Positions 9,199-22,600 of a DNA stretch of 64,000 bases are shown one piece after another. The translations under genes and the position numbers were made by a program. The stretch comes from Limnochordia bacterium. GTDB taxonomy: Bacteria > Bacillota > Limnochordia > DTU080. Position 1 is the stretch's first letter. Each line of letters opens with the position of its first letter. Location: assembly GCA_050951545.1 (NCBI GenBank), contig JBMNJG010000005.1, forward strand, positions 96,001-160,000, read 5' to 3'. The notes under the pieces were generated by a model. It did no database searches. It had not been told where the DNA came from and was given only the letters and a program-made list of their open reading frames with translations.

Positions 9199-10467
9199 CT
9201 ACTGTCTCAACAGCTCGGCTGTAGCTTGCAGGGCCGCTTGCTCAAGCCCAGCAGACGGGCTCACAGCACCGCTGAAAATGGAGTTGATGTGCTGCGCGGC
9301 GATGGGAACTGCCGACGCATTCCCGACAAAGGGCCAAAGTGCTCCGACCTCTGCCATGTGTCCAAACACATCCATGTAGGGTCTCTCTCGGACCACACGT
9401 CGCCAGGCCTCGGAGCTGTAGACCGAGCGCAGAGGTACGAGGCGGGTAAGGATATTCACCATCTGCGCCCGCGTCTCAGCACACGTGTAGTACTTCACGT
9501 ACTTCCACGCCAACTCTGGGTTCTTCGTGGAGTTAAGTACGGCCACCATGTTGCTCCAGGTCACTGTCGATCTGTCTTTTCCCATAGGACCGGGTGGCAT
9601 GGAGGTAAAGCGGAAGTTCATTTCGGGTCGAGAGCGTTTGAGTGAAGGGCCCGCGAAATTCCCGTAGTTAGAGGCCATGGCCGAGGTACCTTCAGGGATT
9701 GCCCCTCCTACCACACCTAGGCCGTCACGCAGTTCTAGAAGAAACTCGACTGCTCCTCGCGCCTGCGGCGTGTTGAGCGTGATCTCGCGCAGGTCGGAGC
9801 TATATAATGACCCCCCATTGGCCGATACCCAGTACGAAATGGCTTGCCCGCCGTTCATGCTCCCAGAGAAGCCGTAGCGGGTTACTCGATCGCCATCACG
9901 CAGTGTGAGCTTCTTCACAGCCTCTCGCAGAGCGTCCCAATTACGGATAGCGAAGGGCTCCGGGTCAAGGCCTGCGTACAGGAAAGCGTCAATATCATAC
10001 ACGAGACCCGCGCTCTGGATATCGTGTGGCATGGCATAGATCACATTGTCTTTGGTAGCATACATCTGTGATACTGGAAACAGATCTCGCCAAATCGCCT
10101 GGCCGTCCCTCTCCACATACTTGTTAAGTGGCATCAGGATACCCAAGTCATGCAGCTCACGCACAAAGGCTACCGATACCTGCGTCACATCAGGGGCAAT
10201 CCCTCCGGCATAGGAGACCACGAGCTTCTGCCGAGCATCCGCTGTACCCGAATACCACATATACTCAATCTCGACATCAGGGTTGCGCTTCTCGAAGTCC
10301 TCTTTGATGAACGCCCACCAGTGAGCCATGTCACTCGTGGTAGGATCTGCACTCTGTGGGTTCCACCAGTCAGCGACCGTAAGGACAGTCTTGGCTGCCG
10401 AAGCCATGCCAGAAAGGGCCAGTAGCAACATCACCATGACCACGGAAACACGTCCCAACCGATACAT
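9199..10467 (-). CDS. Sugar ABC transporter substrate-binding protein (SBP_bac_1-like)
   Basis: Signal peptide, FEKRNPDVEIE, AGGIAPDV, STKNPELAWKYVKY. No permease genes adjacent. Confidence 0.88.
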   Translation of the reverse strand: MYRLGRVSVVMVMLLLALSGMASAAKTVLTVADWWNPQSADPTTSDMAHWWAFIKEDFEKRNPDVEIEYMWYSGTADARQKLVVSYAGGIAPDVTQVSVAFVRELHDLGILMPLNKYVERDGQAIWRDLFPVSQMYATKDNVIYAMPHDIQSAGLVYDIDAFLYAGLDPEPFAIRNWDALREAVKKLTLRDGDRVTRYGFSGSMNGGQAISYWVSANGGSLYSSDLREITLNTPQARGAVEFLLELRDGLGVVGGAIPEGTSAMASNYGNFAGPSLKRSRPEMNFRFTSMPPGPMGKDRSTVTWSNMVAVLNSTKNPELAWKYVKYYTCAETRAQMVNILTRLVPLRSVYSSEAWRRVVRERPYMDVFGHMAEVGALWPFVGNASAVPIAAQHINSIFSGAVSPSAGLEQAALQATAELLRQ

Positions 10468-10600
10468 CCACATCACCTCTCTAGTGTCTTGTCTATAATC
10501 AACTGATGCTCTGGTTATCAATTCGCAGTTTATCTTCTTCGTCAAGTGTAGCCAAATCCTACAAGGGCTGGCAAGGATACACTGGCCATTGGCCTATGCC

Positions 10601-13033
10601 TCACGTGGCGATGTACTTCAGCTCACCAGCCTGAAGATCGATGGCGACGTGGCGCTCACCTATCTGGAGCGTACCTTCGGCTGCGTGGCTATGCATTTCG
10701 TTCAACAGAAGCCTCACCCTAGCGTTGTCCCACTCCGCTGACTGCACGTACACCGATTGGGCATTCACCTGAAGAAAGGATGCCTCTGCGGGCAAGCCGT
10801 CTGCGCTGCTCGCGCCGAACGCTGATTTATCCGTCGCCAACTGACGTCTTCTCACAGGCGTGTTCACTGCGAGAGCTCTGCGCGCCACTGGCTGCTGCTT
10901 CCATGCGCCACGAAAGGGGAAAATACAAAATTCATGCTGATAGGTGCCGAAAAACAGTTCCTCGTCCCACGTATTGAAGTGGGTGATTCTACCCTCGCCT
11001 GCGTTGACGGTCATGGTGTCGGGATCCTTGGCGGGACCGCCCACGGTAGAAGCGCCCAGACCAAGCCTGAGTTCCCCCTTGGCCGGATCAAACCAGAAGG
11101 ACTGCGCCCCCGTGGAAGAGACGGCAACCATGCCCCCCTCGCTGACCTGTATACCGGCAAACTGCAGAGCCACCAGATATCCGGCCTCACGATTGGCATG
11201 CTCCACTACCGCGTATCCGGCGTCATAGAACACCTGGCCAGGCTGTGTTCTCAGGCTGACTGCGAGCCCGTCCGGGCGAAAGTAGTCTTTGGTACCTAGC
11301 AGGAATGGTCGGCTGCAGTCAAACGTCCATTTACACCGCACCATATCGTCTTCGAGAGTATAGCGTTGCACCAAATGCATACCGAACGTCAGCTCATAGT
11401 GGAGCATCAGTTCCGGACACATCCCATCGCGAACAAACACCTGTGGCTCTCCCGGATCACCAAGCTCCCTTGCCACCTGACCCTCAGCCTGAGACAACTC
11501 TCGGACGATCTTGGGCAAGCGGTAGCTAATGGAACAGCTTTGGCCAACCAGCTGGAGCTGCACCTGTCCATCCGCATACTCCAATGAGCAGTGAGCTCCA
11601 CTCACTTTGGTCCCCACATGCCACGCTCTGCTCTCCGGCGCACGTTCATCAGTCAGATAGACAACAGTATAGCCATAGGATGGTAGCGACACCCGAGCCC
11701 GCACTAAGCACCCCTGGCTTTCCCATACAGTTTCCGCTAGCAGCGGCTGACCAGTACTATCTAGCACACTACGGGGGCTTTCCACCTCAAACACGCACCA
11801 AGCATCTCGAGCCGGGGCACCGTTGAACAGAAGAACAGGAATCCCTGACGGTTGGAGCGGGATCCTCTGACCGATGTAGCTAAGAGCATTCTGTAAGCAG
11901 CGCCTGCTCCACTGACTGCTTTGACGAAGCGCATGTGTATGTTCTAGGCGACGCTCATGCAATGGATACCAACCGCGGGCATCGCTGTTGGTCCCCCATG
12001 ACAAAAGGAAGCTAGCCATGTCGAGCTGGCTCACCGCTCCCCTGTCGTCAGCTAAGTGCTGCTCAATGACGCTGGCGAATTCGGAGGGTTGCTCAATATC
12101 CGAAGTGCCAATATCGGGCACCAGTTCGTGCAAGGAAGCAGCCGTATTGGCATCGTATCCCCAATGGTGGCGCACCAAGCCCGCCAGAATCCTAGCGTCA
12201 CGCAAGTCGTTCATCGCTTGCATGCTGGCAGCATGGACACGGATGTCTTGAGGGTCACTGCACCAACGACTAAAATGCGGCGCTTCCACGGGTTCGGGGA
12301 AACGGCAGGTCTCCATGAACACTTCCTTGGTTGGGGGGAATCTTCGCAAGTAGTCCGATACAAGGGTGATCTCCAAGCGCACATCTTCCTGGGCTAAGGC
12401 GTGGGCCATCTCCAAGGCAGGTGCCAGCCGCTGATACATCTCGAAATCACCCACATACAGAAACAGGCTGTTGTCGGGGACCTCGCCGATCGACTGAGCA
12501 AGCGTCCGCCATGGTATGCGAGCGATGGGAATCCCATACACCCGACTGCCGTCGAAACCGCGCAACACAAAGGGTTGCGTAGTCTCAGGTGGTGACGGAA
12601 CCGACACCCATCTGACGCCAAGTTGCTTCATCGCCCAGGGCAATTGTGGCGTATATGACTGTTCCTGCGCGAAGAGGCCGTCAATGGGGCCACACGTCTC
12701 TGCGACGATCTGGGTACCGAGCCGCAGAGCATCCATATGGGAATTACCGTCCATACAAGCGTTGACGGATGCAGCAAAGTAGCTGGCACAAAAGGTAATC
12801 TGCCCTCTGTCAGCCAGCCGTCGTAGTTGAGCGATAGTATCGGGGGCCCAAAGACGCAATGTCTCCACAGAGAGTCCGGATAGTTCCACATGCCCCTTCA
12901 ATTCTGGGTACTGCATGAACTCGTCGATCATCACCTGATAAGCCAGAGGAAATTGCCTCCGAATGGTGTGTTTGGTGTAGCGGTCATAGCTCATGTTGCC
13001 GTGAAACACCCAAGCCAGATAAACTGTCTTCAT
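10601..13033 (-). CDS. Glycoside hydrolase with GH57-like N-terminal barrel and GH38-like C-terminal region
   Basis: VFHGNMSY, LFAQEQ (candidate nucleophile), VGDFEM, WGTNSDARGW. C-terminal LFNG, LPSYGYTVV and LLLNEM resemble GH38 C-termini. Confidence 0.65.
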   Translation of the reverse strand: MKTVYLAWVFHGNMSYDRYTKHTIRRQFPLAYQVMIDEFMQYPELKGHVELSGLSVETLRLWAPDTIAQLRRLADRGQITFCASYFAASVNACMDGNSHMDALRLGTQIVAETCGPIDGLFAQEQSYTPQLPWAMKQLGVRWVSVPSPPETTQPFVLRGFDGSRVYGIPIARIPWRTLAQSIGEVPDNSLFLYVGDFEMYQRLAPALEMAHALAQEDVRLEITLVSDYLRRFPPTKEVFMETCRFPEPVEAPHFSRWCSDPQDIRVHAASMQAMNDLRDARILAGLVRHHWGYDANTAASLHELVPDIGTSDIEQPSEFASVIEQHLADDRGAVSQLDMASFLLSWGTNSDARGWYPLHERRLEHTHALRQSSQWSRRCLQNALSYIGQRIPLQPSGIPVLLFNGAPARDAWCVFEVESPRSVLDSTGQPLLAETVWESQGCLVRARVSLPSYGYTVVYLTDERAPESRAWHVGTKVSGAHCSLEYADGQVQLQLVGQSCSISYRLPKIVRELSQAEGQVARELGDPGEPQVFVRDGMCPELMLHYELTFGMHLVQRYTLEDDMVRCKWTFDCSRPFLLGTKDYFRPDGLAVSLRTQPGQVFYDAGYAVVEHANREAGYLVALQFAGIQVSEGGMVAVSSTGAQSFWFDPAKGELRLGLGASTVGGPAKDPDTMTVNAGEGRITHFNTWDEELFFGTYQHEFCIFPFRGAWKQQPVARRALAVNTPVRRRQLATDKSAFGASSADGLPAEASFLQVNAQSVYVQSAEWDNARVRLLLNEMHSHAAEGTLQIGERHVAIDLQAGELKYIAT

Positions 13034-13096
13034 AGCGGCATTCCACCCCTTTGCTCTAGCATTACGGCTTCCTGCGCAGGTCCTTCCTCGCCAGAA

Positions 13097-16273
<3,177 letters not shown>

Positions 16274-17605
16274 CTAGATAGTAAGGCTCTTGAACTGCGG
16301 CAGATAGTCAGCGTTCTTGTTGAGCATCTTCTGAACCAGATCTTTGATCTCTGCCAGGGACAGAACCGCAGCGGTGAGCGGATCGTAGCAGCAAGCCTGA
16401 TAGACCAACCGTGGATCGCCAGTCAGTGCTGCTTCCACGGCCATCTCCTCGACCGCCACACTGATGTTATTGAGGGCTGCTAACTGCGGCGGCAGCTCGC
16501 CCACATGAATGGCATTGAGGCCGCGGCGATTGACCACCACGGGCACCTCTACACATGCGTTTTCGGGCAGGTTTGTGATCAGCTGCGTGTTAGGCACGTT
16601 ACCGTTGAACTCATAGGGTTCTCCACCCATATAGGCATTGATGATATGGGCAGCATACTCATTGCCACGCTTCAGGTTGAGAGGTTCTTTTCTGGCAAAC
16701 CAGGCCTCGACGTCCTTCTTCCACTCTGCCTCTCGGCGGAGATAGTGGTCGAGGATGTAGGCGTAGACGCCCGGATTCCAGCCCGTACCATGGGTGCAAT
16801 ACTTCTCAATGAGGTCTGGACGCTTGCGGAACCACCAGTTGTACTCGGAGTTGTGGCCGCTCGATTCAGTCACGTAATAATCCAATGCCAGGAAAAGCTC
16901 GTTGCGCACAATCTCTTGCTGATAGATCTCAGGCTTGGCGACAGCTTGGCGGATCAATGGATAAGCGTCCTCGCCCTTCCAGAGATACTCGAGATACCAA
17001 GCCTGGTGGTTGATGCCAGCGCATACGTAGTCGATCTCGTCGGCCGGGGCGCCGATCCATCTGGCCAGCATGGCAGCTGTTCCTTGGACACTATGGCATA
17101 GTCCAGTGACCATGGCCTTCGATTCCCTATGCATCGCCCTACACAGCATGGCCATGGGGTTCGTGTAGTTCAGCACGATGGCCTTCGGGCAAAGACGCTC
17201 TACGTCATGAGCGATGGCTAGCATCTCCGGAATGGTACGCAGTGCCCGAAATATCCCCGACACGCTTCTGGTATCGCCAACGTTGGTATCTACTCCATAC
17301 TCTTTGGGGATCTCGATGTCGTATCGCCAGATGTTCACGCCGCCCGAGAGAATGGTGATAACCACAGCGTCAGCACCGTCTAGCGCTTCTGCTCTGTCCA
17401 TGGTTGCCTTGACCTTGGCCGGATACTTGCCCTCAGCCACGATACGCTCTGAGGCCCGACGGGCGAAATCTAGACGCTCTTCGTTTATGTCCATCAGTGC
17501 GATCTCAGCATCAGCAAGCCTGGGGAATGTCAGAATGTCACGCACCAAGTTGCGCGTAAACCCCAGACTTCCAGCTCCAATAAACGCTATCTTCGCCACC
17601 TGCAT
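16274..17605 (-). CDS. melA: Alpha-galactosidase, GH4 (NAD+-dependent)
   Basis: [55 protein letters not shown]. Confidence 0.92.
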   Translation of the reverse strand: MQVAKIAFIGAGSLGFTRNLVRDILTFPRLADAEIALMDINEERLDFARRASERIVAEGKYPAKVKATMDRAEALDGADAVVITILSGGVNIWRYDIEIPKEYGVDTNVGDTRSVSGIFRALRTIPEMLAIAHDVERLCPKAIVLNYTNPMAMLCRAMHRESKAMVTGLCHSVQGTAAMLARWIGAPADEIDYVCAGINHQAWYLEYLWKGEDAYPLIRQAVAKPEIYQQEIVRNELFLALDYYVTESSGHNSEYNWWFRKRPDLIEKYCTHGTGWNPGVYAYILDHYLRREAEWKKDVEAWFARKEPLNLKRGNEYAAHIINAYMGGEPYEFNGNVPNTQLITNLPENACVEVPVVVNRRGLNAIHVGELPPQLAALNNISVAVEEMAVEAALTGDPRLVYQACCYDPLTAAVLSLAEIKDLVQKMLNKNADYLPQFKSLTI

Positions 17606-17637
17606 ACTCCCCTTTCGTCAATGTGCACAGTCTTTTT

Positions 17638-18348
17638 CTACTCCGCTGTGGCCTTTCCTCTGTTGAGCACACCTCGATAGACATCCAAGGCCTCTGCCCC
17701 GTCTGAGGTTATCTGGTAGACGCCACGCTCTACACGGTCGAACCACCCATAGTGATTCCTCGCCACGATGGAAGGTACCTTCGAACTCGGAATCGCCTCC
17801 CTCAGATCACGGAGTCTTGTCGGTCCGTGTGTACGTAGGAAGGAAGCGACATGAAGAGCCAATTCCCGATAGGCCGTTACCACGGGCTGGCTCCCGGGCG
17901 AGCCCCCCTCGTTGTAATCACCAGTACGCTGCCAAAATTCCTCGGACAGTAGCTTGCGACGACGCTTGTTTAGCCTTGGTGAGCTTGCGCCGGGTTCACG
18001 AACCACCTCGACGTCCAGCGCATCGCCATCAATCTCAGAAAAGTGGACCGCCAACAGCCCTAAGCCCAGGCGAGTACATAGCCTCTGAATATCCCTCCAC
18101 TGAGAACACCTGTACGGACTCGAGGGCGCCTCCACTCCCAGATACACATAGGGGGTGATGGTCTGCCGGTCAATGCCCTGGAAAACTAGAGCGAGGTTGA
18201 AGACAGGCTTCAGTTCGACCACGACGGTCACATCATCGCGAATCGCGACAACGTCGCACTCTTTCACCTCACCACGGACACGGAAGCCACGACTGGTCAG
18301 AAACTGCTTGACCGGACCGTACAGATCGCTTTCTCGCCTGATCGACAT
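17638..18348 (-). CDS. DUF2161 family putative PD-(D/E)xK phosphodiesterase
   Basis: RESDLYGPVK, VRGEVKECD, VVELK, TAYRELAL, NHYGWFDRVERGVY. Confidence 0.85.
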   Translation of the reverse strand: MSIRRESDLYGPVKQFLTSRGFRVRGEVKECDVVAIRDDVTVVVELKPVFNLALVFQGIDRQTITPYVYLGVEAPSSPYRCSQWRDIQRLCTRLGLGLLAVHFSEIDGDALDVEVVREPGASSPRLNKRRRKLLSEEFWQRTGDYNEGGSPGSQPVVTAYRELALHVASFLRTHGPTRLRDLREAIPSSKVPSIVARNHYGWFDRVERGVYQITSDGAEALDVYRGVLNRGKATAE

Positions 18349-18482
18349 CACCAAACCTCGTTTCCTCAGTTTCCCGTTTCCTGTTGCTTCTTTTTCTGAC
18401 GCGCCAGAACTAACGCGGATCAGGTTAATGTCTCTGCTTCTCACCGACACTATAGGCAGATCACAATCGGGAGGGTTATGCA

Positions 18483-19010
18483 ATGAAAAGGTACTGGATC
18501 TGGGGACTTGGTCTGATGGCACTCCTGCTCGCAGTGGTGTTCGCCATACCCCAACAGTCACAGAACGGCAGGGTAGATCAGCGCCTGATCCCCGGAACCC
18601 CCACACGCACGGATCTCGACACGAGTCAGCTACGGACACCCGACACGAATCCTCCGCAGACCCCACAGTCTGTGACCATGTCTGCCCGGCTGAGCAACCG
18701 CGTTACAGATGCGGCACGTAGTGTCGAAGGAGTAGAGCAAGCCTGGGCAGCAGTAAAAGGCACCACCGCTGTGGTGGGCCTTACAGTAGATCCGTCGCTC
18801 AACAAAGACGCTACGGCTGACACAAAGAGCGCAGTTGCCGAACAGGTGCGGGAGCTGCCAGAGATCTTGCACGTGGGAGTAACCACTGACCCCGACTTGA
18901 TTCGACAGATCCGCGACACTAGCCAAGCAATCGCCGCCAATCAGCCGCCCACACAGTGGGATAGTAAGTTACAGACCCTCATTGATCAACTGGTTCCATC
19001 CACCCGTTAG
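18483..19010 (+). CDS. YhcN/YlaJ-like sporulation protein
   Basis: Signal peptide, SVEGVEQA...TAVVG, VTTDPDLIRQI. GGGAGG RBS. No clear lipobox Cys. Confidence 0.7.
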   Translation: MKRYWIWGLGLMALLLAVVFAIPQQSQNGRVDQRLIPGTPTRTDLDTSQLRTPDTNPPQTPQSVTMSARLSNRVTDAARSVEGVEQAWAAVKGTTAVVGLTVDPSLNKDATADTKSAVAEQVRELPEILHVGVTTDPDLIRQIRDTSQAIAANQPPTQWDSKLQTLIDQLVPSTR

Positions 19011-19017
19011 AAACCCT

Positions 19018-19048
19018 GTGCGGCACCATCTGGTATCCGGTGCCGCAC
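19018..19048. terminator. Hairpin between convergent genes
   Basis: GTGCGGCACC...GGTGCCGCAC 10-bp inverted repeat. Confidence 0.65.
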
Positions 19049-19053
19049 TGCGT

Positions 19054-19641
19054 TCACTGTTCCCGGGGCTCAACACCCTGTAGCAGCCGGGCGATGTTCG
19101 ATCGGTGCTGCCACATCATGACCGCCCAGGCCAATACCAGAGTCCATGTGCGAGAGTTCCACCCATAAATCAGCCATGCGGCCAGAACAAAAGCCACTCC
19201 AGCCACAAAAGAAGCGACAGAGACGACGCGCAGCGTCTTGCGCACGACAAAGTGCGTAACAAAGGCCAGCACCGCGGCAAAAGGAAACATGGGAATGAAC
19301 GCGCCCAGCGTGGTATTCACACCCTTGCCGCCTCGGAAGCGTAGGTAGGGAGTAAAGTCATGCCCCAAGATGGTCAAGAGTGCCGCCCCTTCAACCAGAT
19401 ACGGTGTGGGGTGCGAACGGTTCCACATGATGGCGATGACCGTCGGGATGACGCCCTTAAGCACATCGACCGCCTGGGTAAACAATGCAGCTCTGCGGCC
19501 AGCCACTCTACCCACATTGGTGGAGCCGATATTGCCACTGCCCACGGTCTGAATATTGATACGTCGGGTAATCCATACCACTATATAGCCTGTGGGGATC
19601 GAGCCAACGGCATAAGCGAGTAGCAATATCAACCAGTGCAT
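19054..19641 (-). CDS. plsY: Glycerol-3-phosphate 1-O-acyltransferase
   Basis: GSIPTG, GSGNIGSTN, DVLKG, GHDF..FRGGKGV, HRSNIARL. Confidence 0.95.
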   Translation of the reverse strand: MHWLILLLAYAVGSIPTGYIVVWITRRINIQTVGSGNIGSTNVGRVAGRRAALFTQAVDVLKGVIPTVIAIMWNRSHPTPYLVEGAALLTILGHDFTPYLRFRGGKGVNTTLGAFIPMFPFAAVLAFVTHFVVRKTLRVVSVASFVAGVAFVLAAWLIYGWNSRTWTLVLAWAVMMWQHRSNIARLLQGVEPREQ

Positions 19642-19673
19642 AGGAACCCTCCCGTTAGGCTTGCCGGTGTGGA

Positions 19674-22600
19674 CTATTCTAATTCTACTACGCGCCAGCT
19701 AATCCCTGTCTCTTTACTCAATTTCGGCAGGATTTCGAGCTCACGTTGCCGACACGTGAAAAAGAGCACTTGTACTCTCTGCGATACCTGCAACAGCGTC
19801 TTTAGTGCCTCGCGCACGCGGTGATCATCGTAGTGAGCAAAGGCATCATCAAGGATCAGCGGAGGTGCCCACCTATCGCCACAGATCGCCTCTGCAGCGG
19901 CCAGGCGAAACGCCAAGTAGACCTGATCGCCTGTGCCGTGGCTTACTGCATCGAGACTCACTGGTCTCGCGTATTCCGGGTCCTGCAGCATGATGTCCAA
20001 GGTCTCTGAGACCGCCAACCGCTCATAGCGACCGTGAGTCAGTGTATGGAGAATCTCCGAAGCCTTAGCGTTAAGCACTGGCGCAAACTGCCTGTGTACC
20101 TCCTCCGAAGCCTCATCAAGCTCCTGACGAGCGAGCATCACGGCCCGAATCGCCTCTTGCACTTGCTCCCGATCCTGTCTTATGATACCCCATTCGGCTG
20201 CCACCCGTTCTTCACCCTCACAGGCGTTAGCATGGCTCTTCATATCGCCTGCCATCTCCGCCCGTAGCTCCCGCAGGCGAGTTAGTTCGCCCTCCGCCCG
20301 AGCCAACTTGTCCTCCCAAAAGATCCGCCCGTGCTCACTGGGAGTAACCTGTTCGCAGGGTAACCCAGTAAGTGAGGACCAATCCTCCTGCCGCGCCTGG
20401 AGCTCCGCACTAATCTCATCGAGAGTTGCCTCTCCTAGGAAGGCAGCTAGCTGCCGCTTCTTGCCGTCTAGATCTGTCACGGTCTGTTTCCAGTGCAAAT
20501 GGTTTTCGCACAGGGTCTCAAAAGCAGATACACTGTCGACCCCGGCCTGCATCAACAGGCTATCTCGCTGGTTGACCAGTTCCTCCAAGGCGTCTTGTCG
20601 CTCGGAAATCGCTTCGCGCTGGCCTTGTAGTTCCGCTGCCTGGGCGATCCAGTGTCGGTATATCTCTTGCACCCCATCAATCCGACTGAGAGCGCTGTCA
20701 AATGTCTCTTGCCACACACGTATATCCGCTGGTTGAGCCCCTTCCCCGAGTAGCGACAGACCAGCTGCCTTGAGGACAGGTTCAACCTCACCGACAAGCA
20801 ACGAGAGTGCACGAGCCAAATGGCGCTCGCACGCCTCTTGGCACATGGCGCGCACTCTTTCCTTTTCCCCAAGCTGCTGCCGTAGATGCTCACGCTCTTG
20901 CCAACGCCAGTGAAAGGCCGCTACGTCACTGGTACCCGCCTGTTCCATGATGGCCTCCACAAGCGATAGGGCCTGTTGGCGTGCAGCGGAGATCGCGCGA
21001 CCCCAGCGGTCCATGAAACCAGCGGTGGGAAGATCGGCAAGCAATTCGTCGAGGTCTGCGGACCACAACAGACCCGGGAGGCCTGTACCTTCGACCTGGT
21101 ATACCAAACCACTATCACTTGCTACCTTCTCTAATGCTGCGGCAGCCTGACGCACGGGTTCGGCGAGCGAGGGCACGGCCTGCAGCCGCGTCTCAAACTC
21201 CTGAGTGGCCTCGCGGCTCGAGCGCACCTCGTCAAGCAGTTGCTGCGCATCACGGACAAGCGCAGGTAGCTCTTGAGGCATCATCTCTACATCACGCCGC
21301 AGCTCCTTGTAGCGTCTGTGTCGCTCCATGAAATGCTCGATATTCTCACTAGTCCATGGAAGATCCATAAGCTCATCTTCTGTCTCTCTCTGACCCGGAT
21401 GGATACCGGCCATCTCTAACCAACGAAGAACCTGATCTTCATGGGCGCGACGCCGTGATAGCATCGCTTGCAGACGATTCTCGTGCTCTCGAATCTGACT
21501 CGCAACTGCCTCTTTCTGCAACATGAGTGCCTGGTATCGCCGCCACCAATGTAGCAGCTCAGCAGGGCTTTCCACATGGGCTGCTTCCAGGATGCTGGAC
21601 AGCTCGCGTCCTGCGCCCTTCACCAAACTGCTGGCCGTCGTTAGCATCTCCTGCACCCAGGCTATATTAGGTTCAGCGGGAGGTTCTGCATCCGGGAAAA
21701 GCAGACGTATCGCGTCGACCGTATCGTCGTAGAGCGTACTCAGCCGAGCATGCTCGTCAGCTAGGTCCCTTTGCACCGCTAGCCTGTCCCTCAGTTGCTC
21801 CTGCCGCGTGACAATGGCATCTCCCAGGCCCCGAATCACCTTACTCAGGCCCAGGCGGTCGCTGGCTCCAACCGCTGCGGGCAAAGATATGGCGGAGAGT
21901 GCTTGGCGAGCCTGGATGATCACGCCATTGGCCGATGCACGTCGTTGCGTAGCCAGAGTCAGCTGGTTTTGAATGGTCGCCCGCTGCTTCTGTAACTCCT
22001 CCAGTCGCGCCCAGCTGTTCCGCCAAGCTGGCACAGATGGTTGGCGCACTTCGGCCAAAAGCGCCCGAATCTCCGCACTCACTTTCTCTGCAGCCGCGTT
22101 AGCCTCGCTCCTTTGGCCATAGTGGCGATCGCGCTCCTGGATTACCTGCCTACGCGCGAGTGCCCCCTTCACAAGCAAGGGTACGCCACAGAGAATCATG
22201 GCTAGCCCTAGACCAGCCATGGCCACAGAGCGGAAAGCAATGAAGCTCAACAGCATACAAGCAAAGCCGGGTGTCATCAGAGCCAACGCTGATCGCATCC
22301 GGCCCACAGGCGGCAGCTCAAGCGTCTCGGCTACAGCAGCTGACTGGCGTGCCCGCTCCCGCAAGTCGGCCTCCTGCTTCACCAACCCCTCTGCCCGCGT
22401 GAGACTCTCTATTCCTGCTGCCGCAACAGCCTGCAAGGGGAGCATGGCCGTCTTGCTCTTTGCGTCGGCAGCTGTTGCAGCGTTCACCGCCTCAATAGCT
22501 GTAGCCAACTCTTCTTCCGCAGCTTGCCAACGCCCGAGCCACCCTTCCGCGGCATGCACTTCGCTCAGAGTTAACAGCGCCAAGTGCTGGGTGCCTTCGA

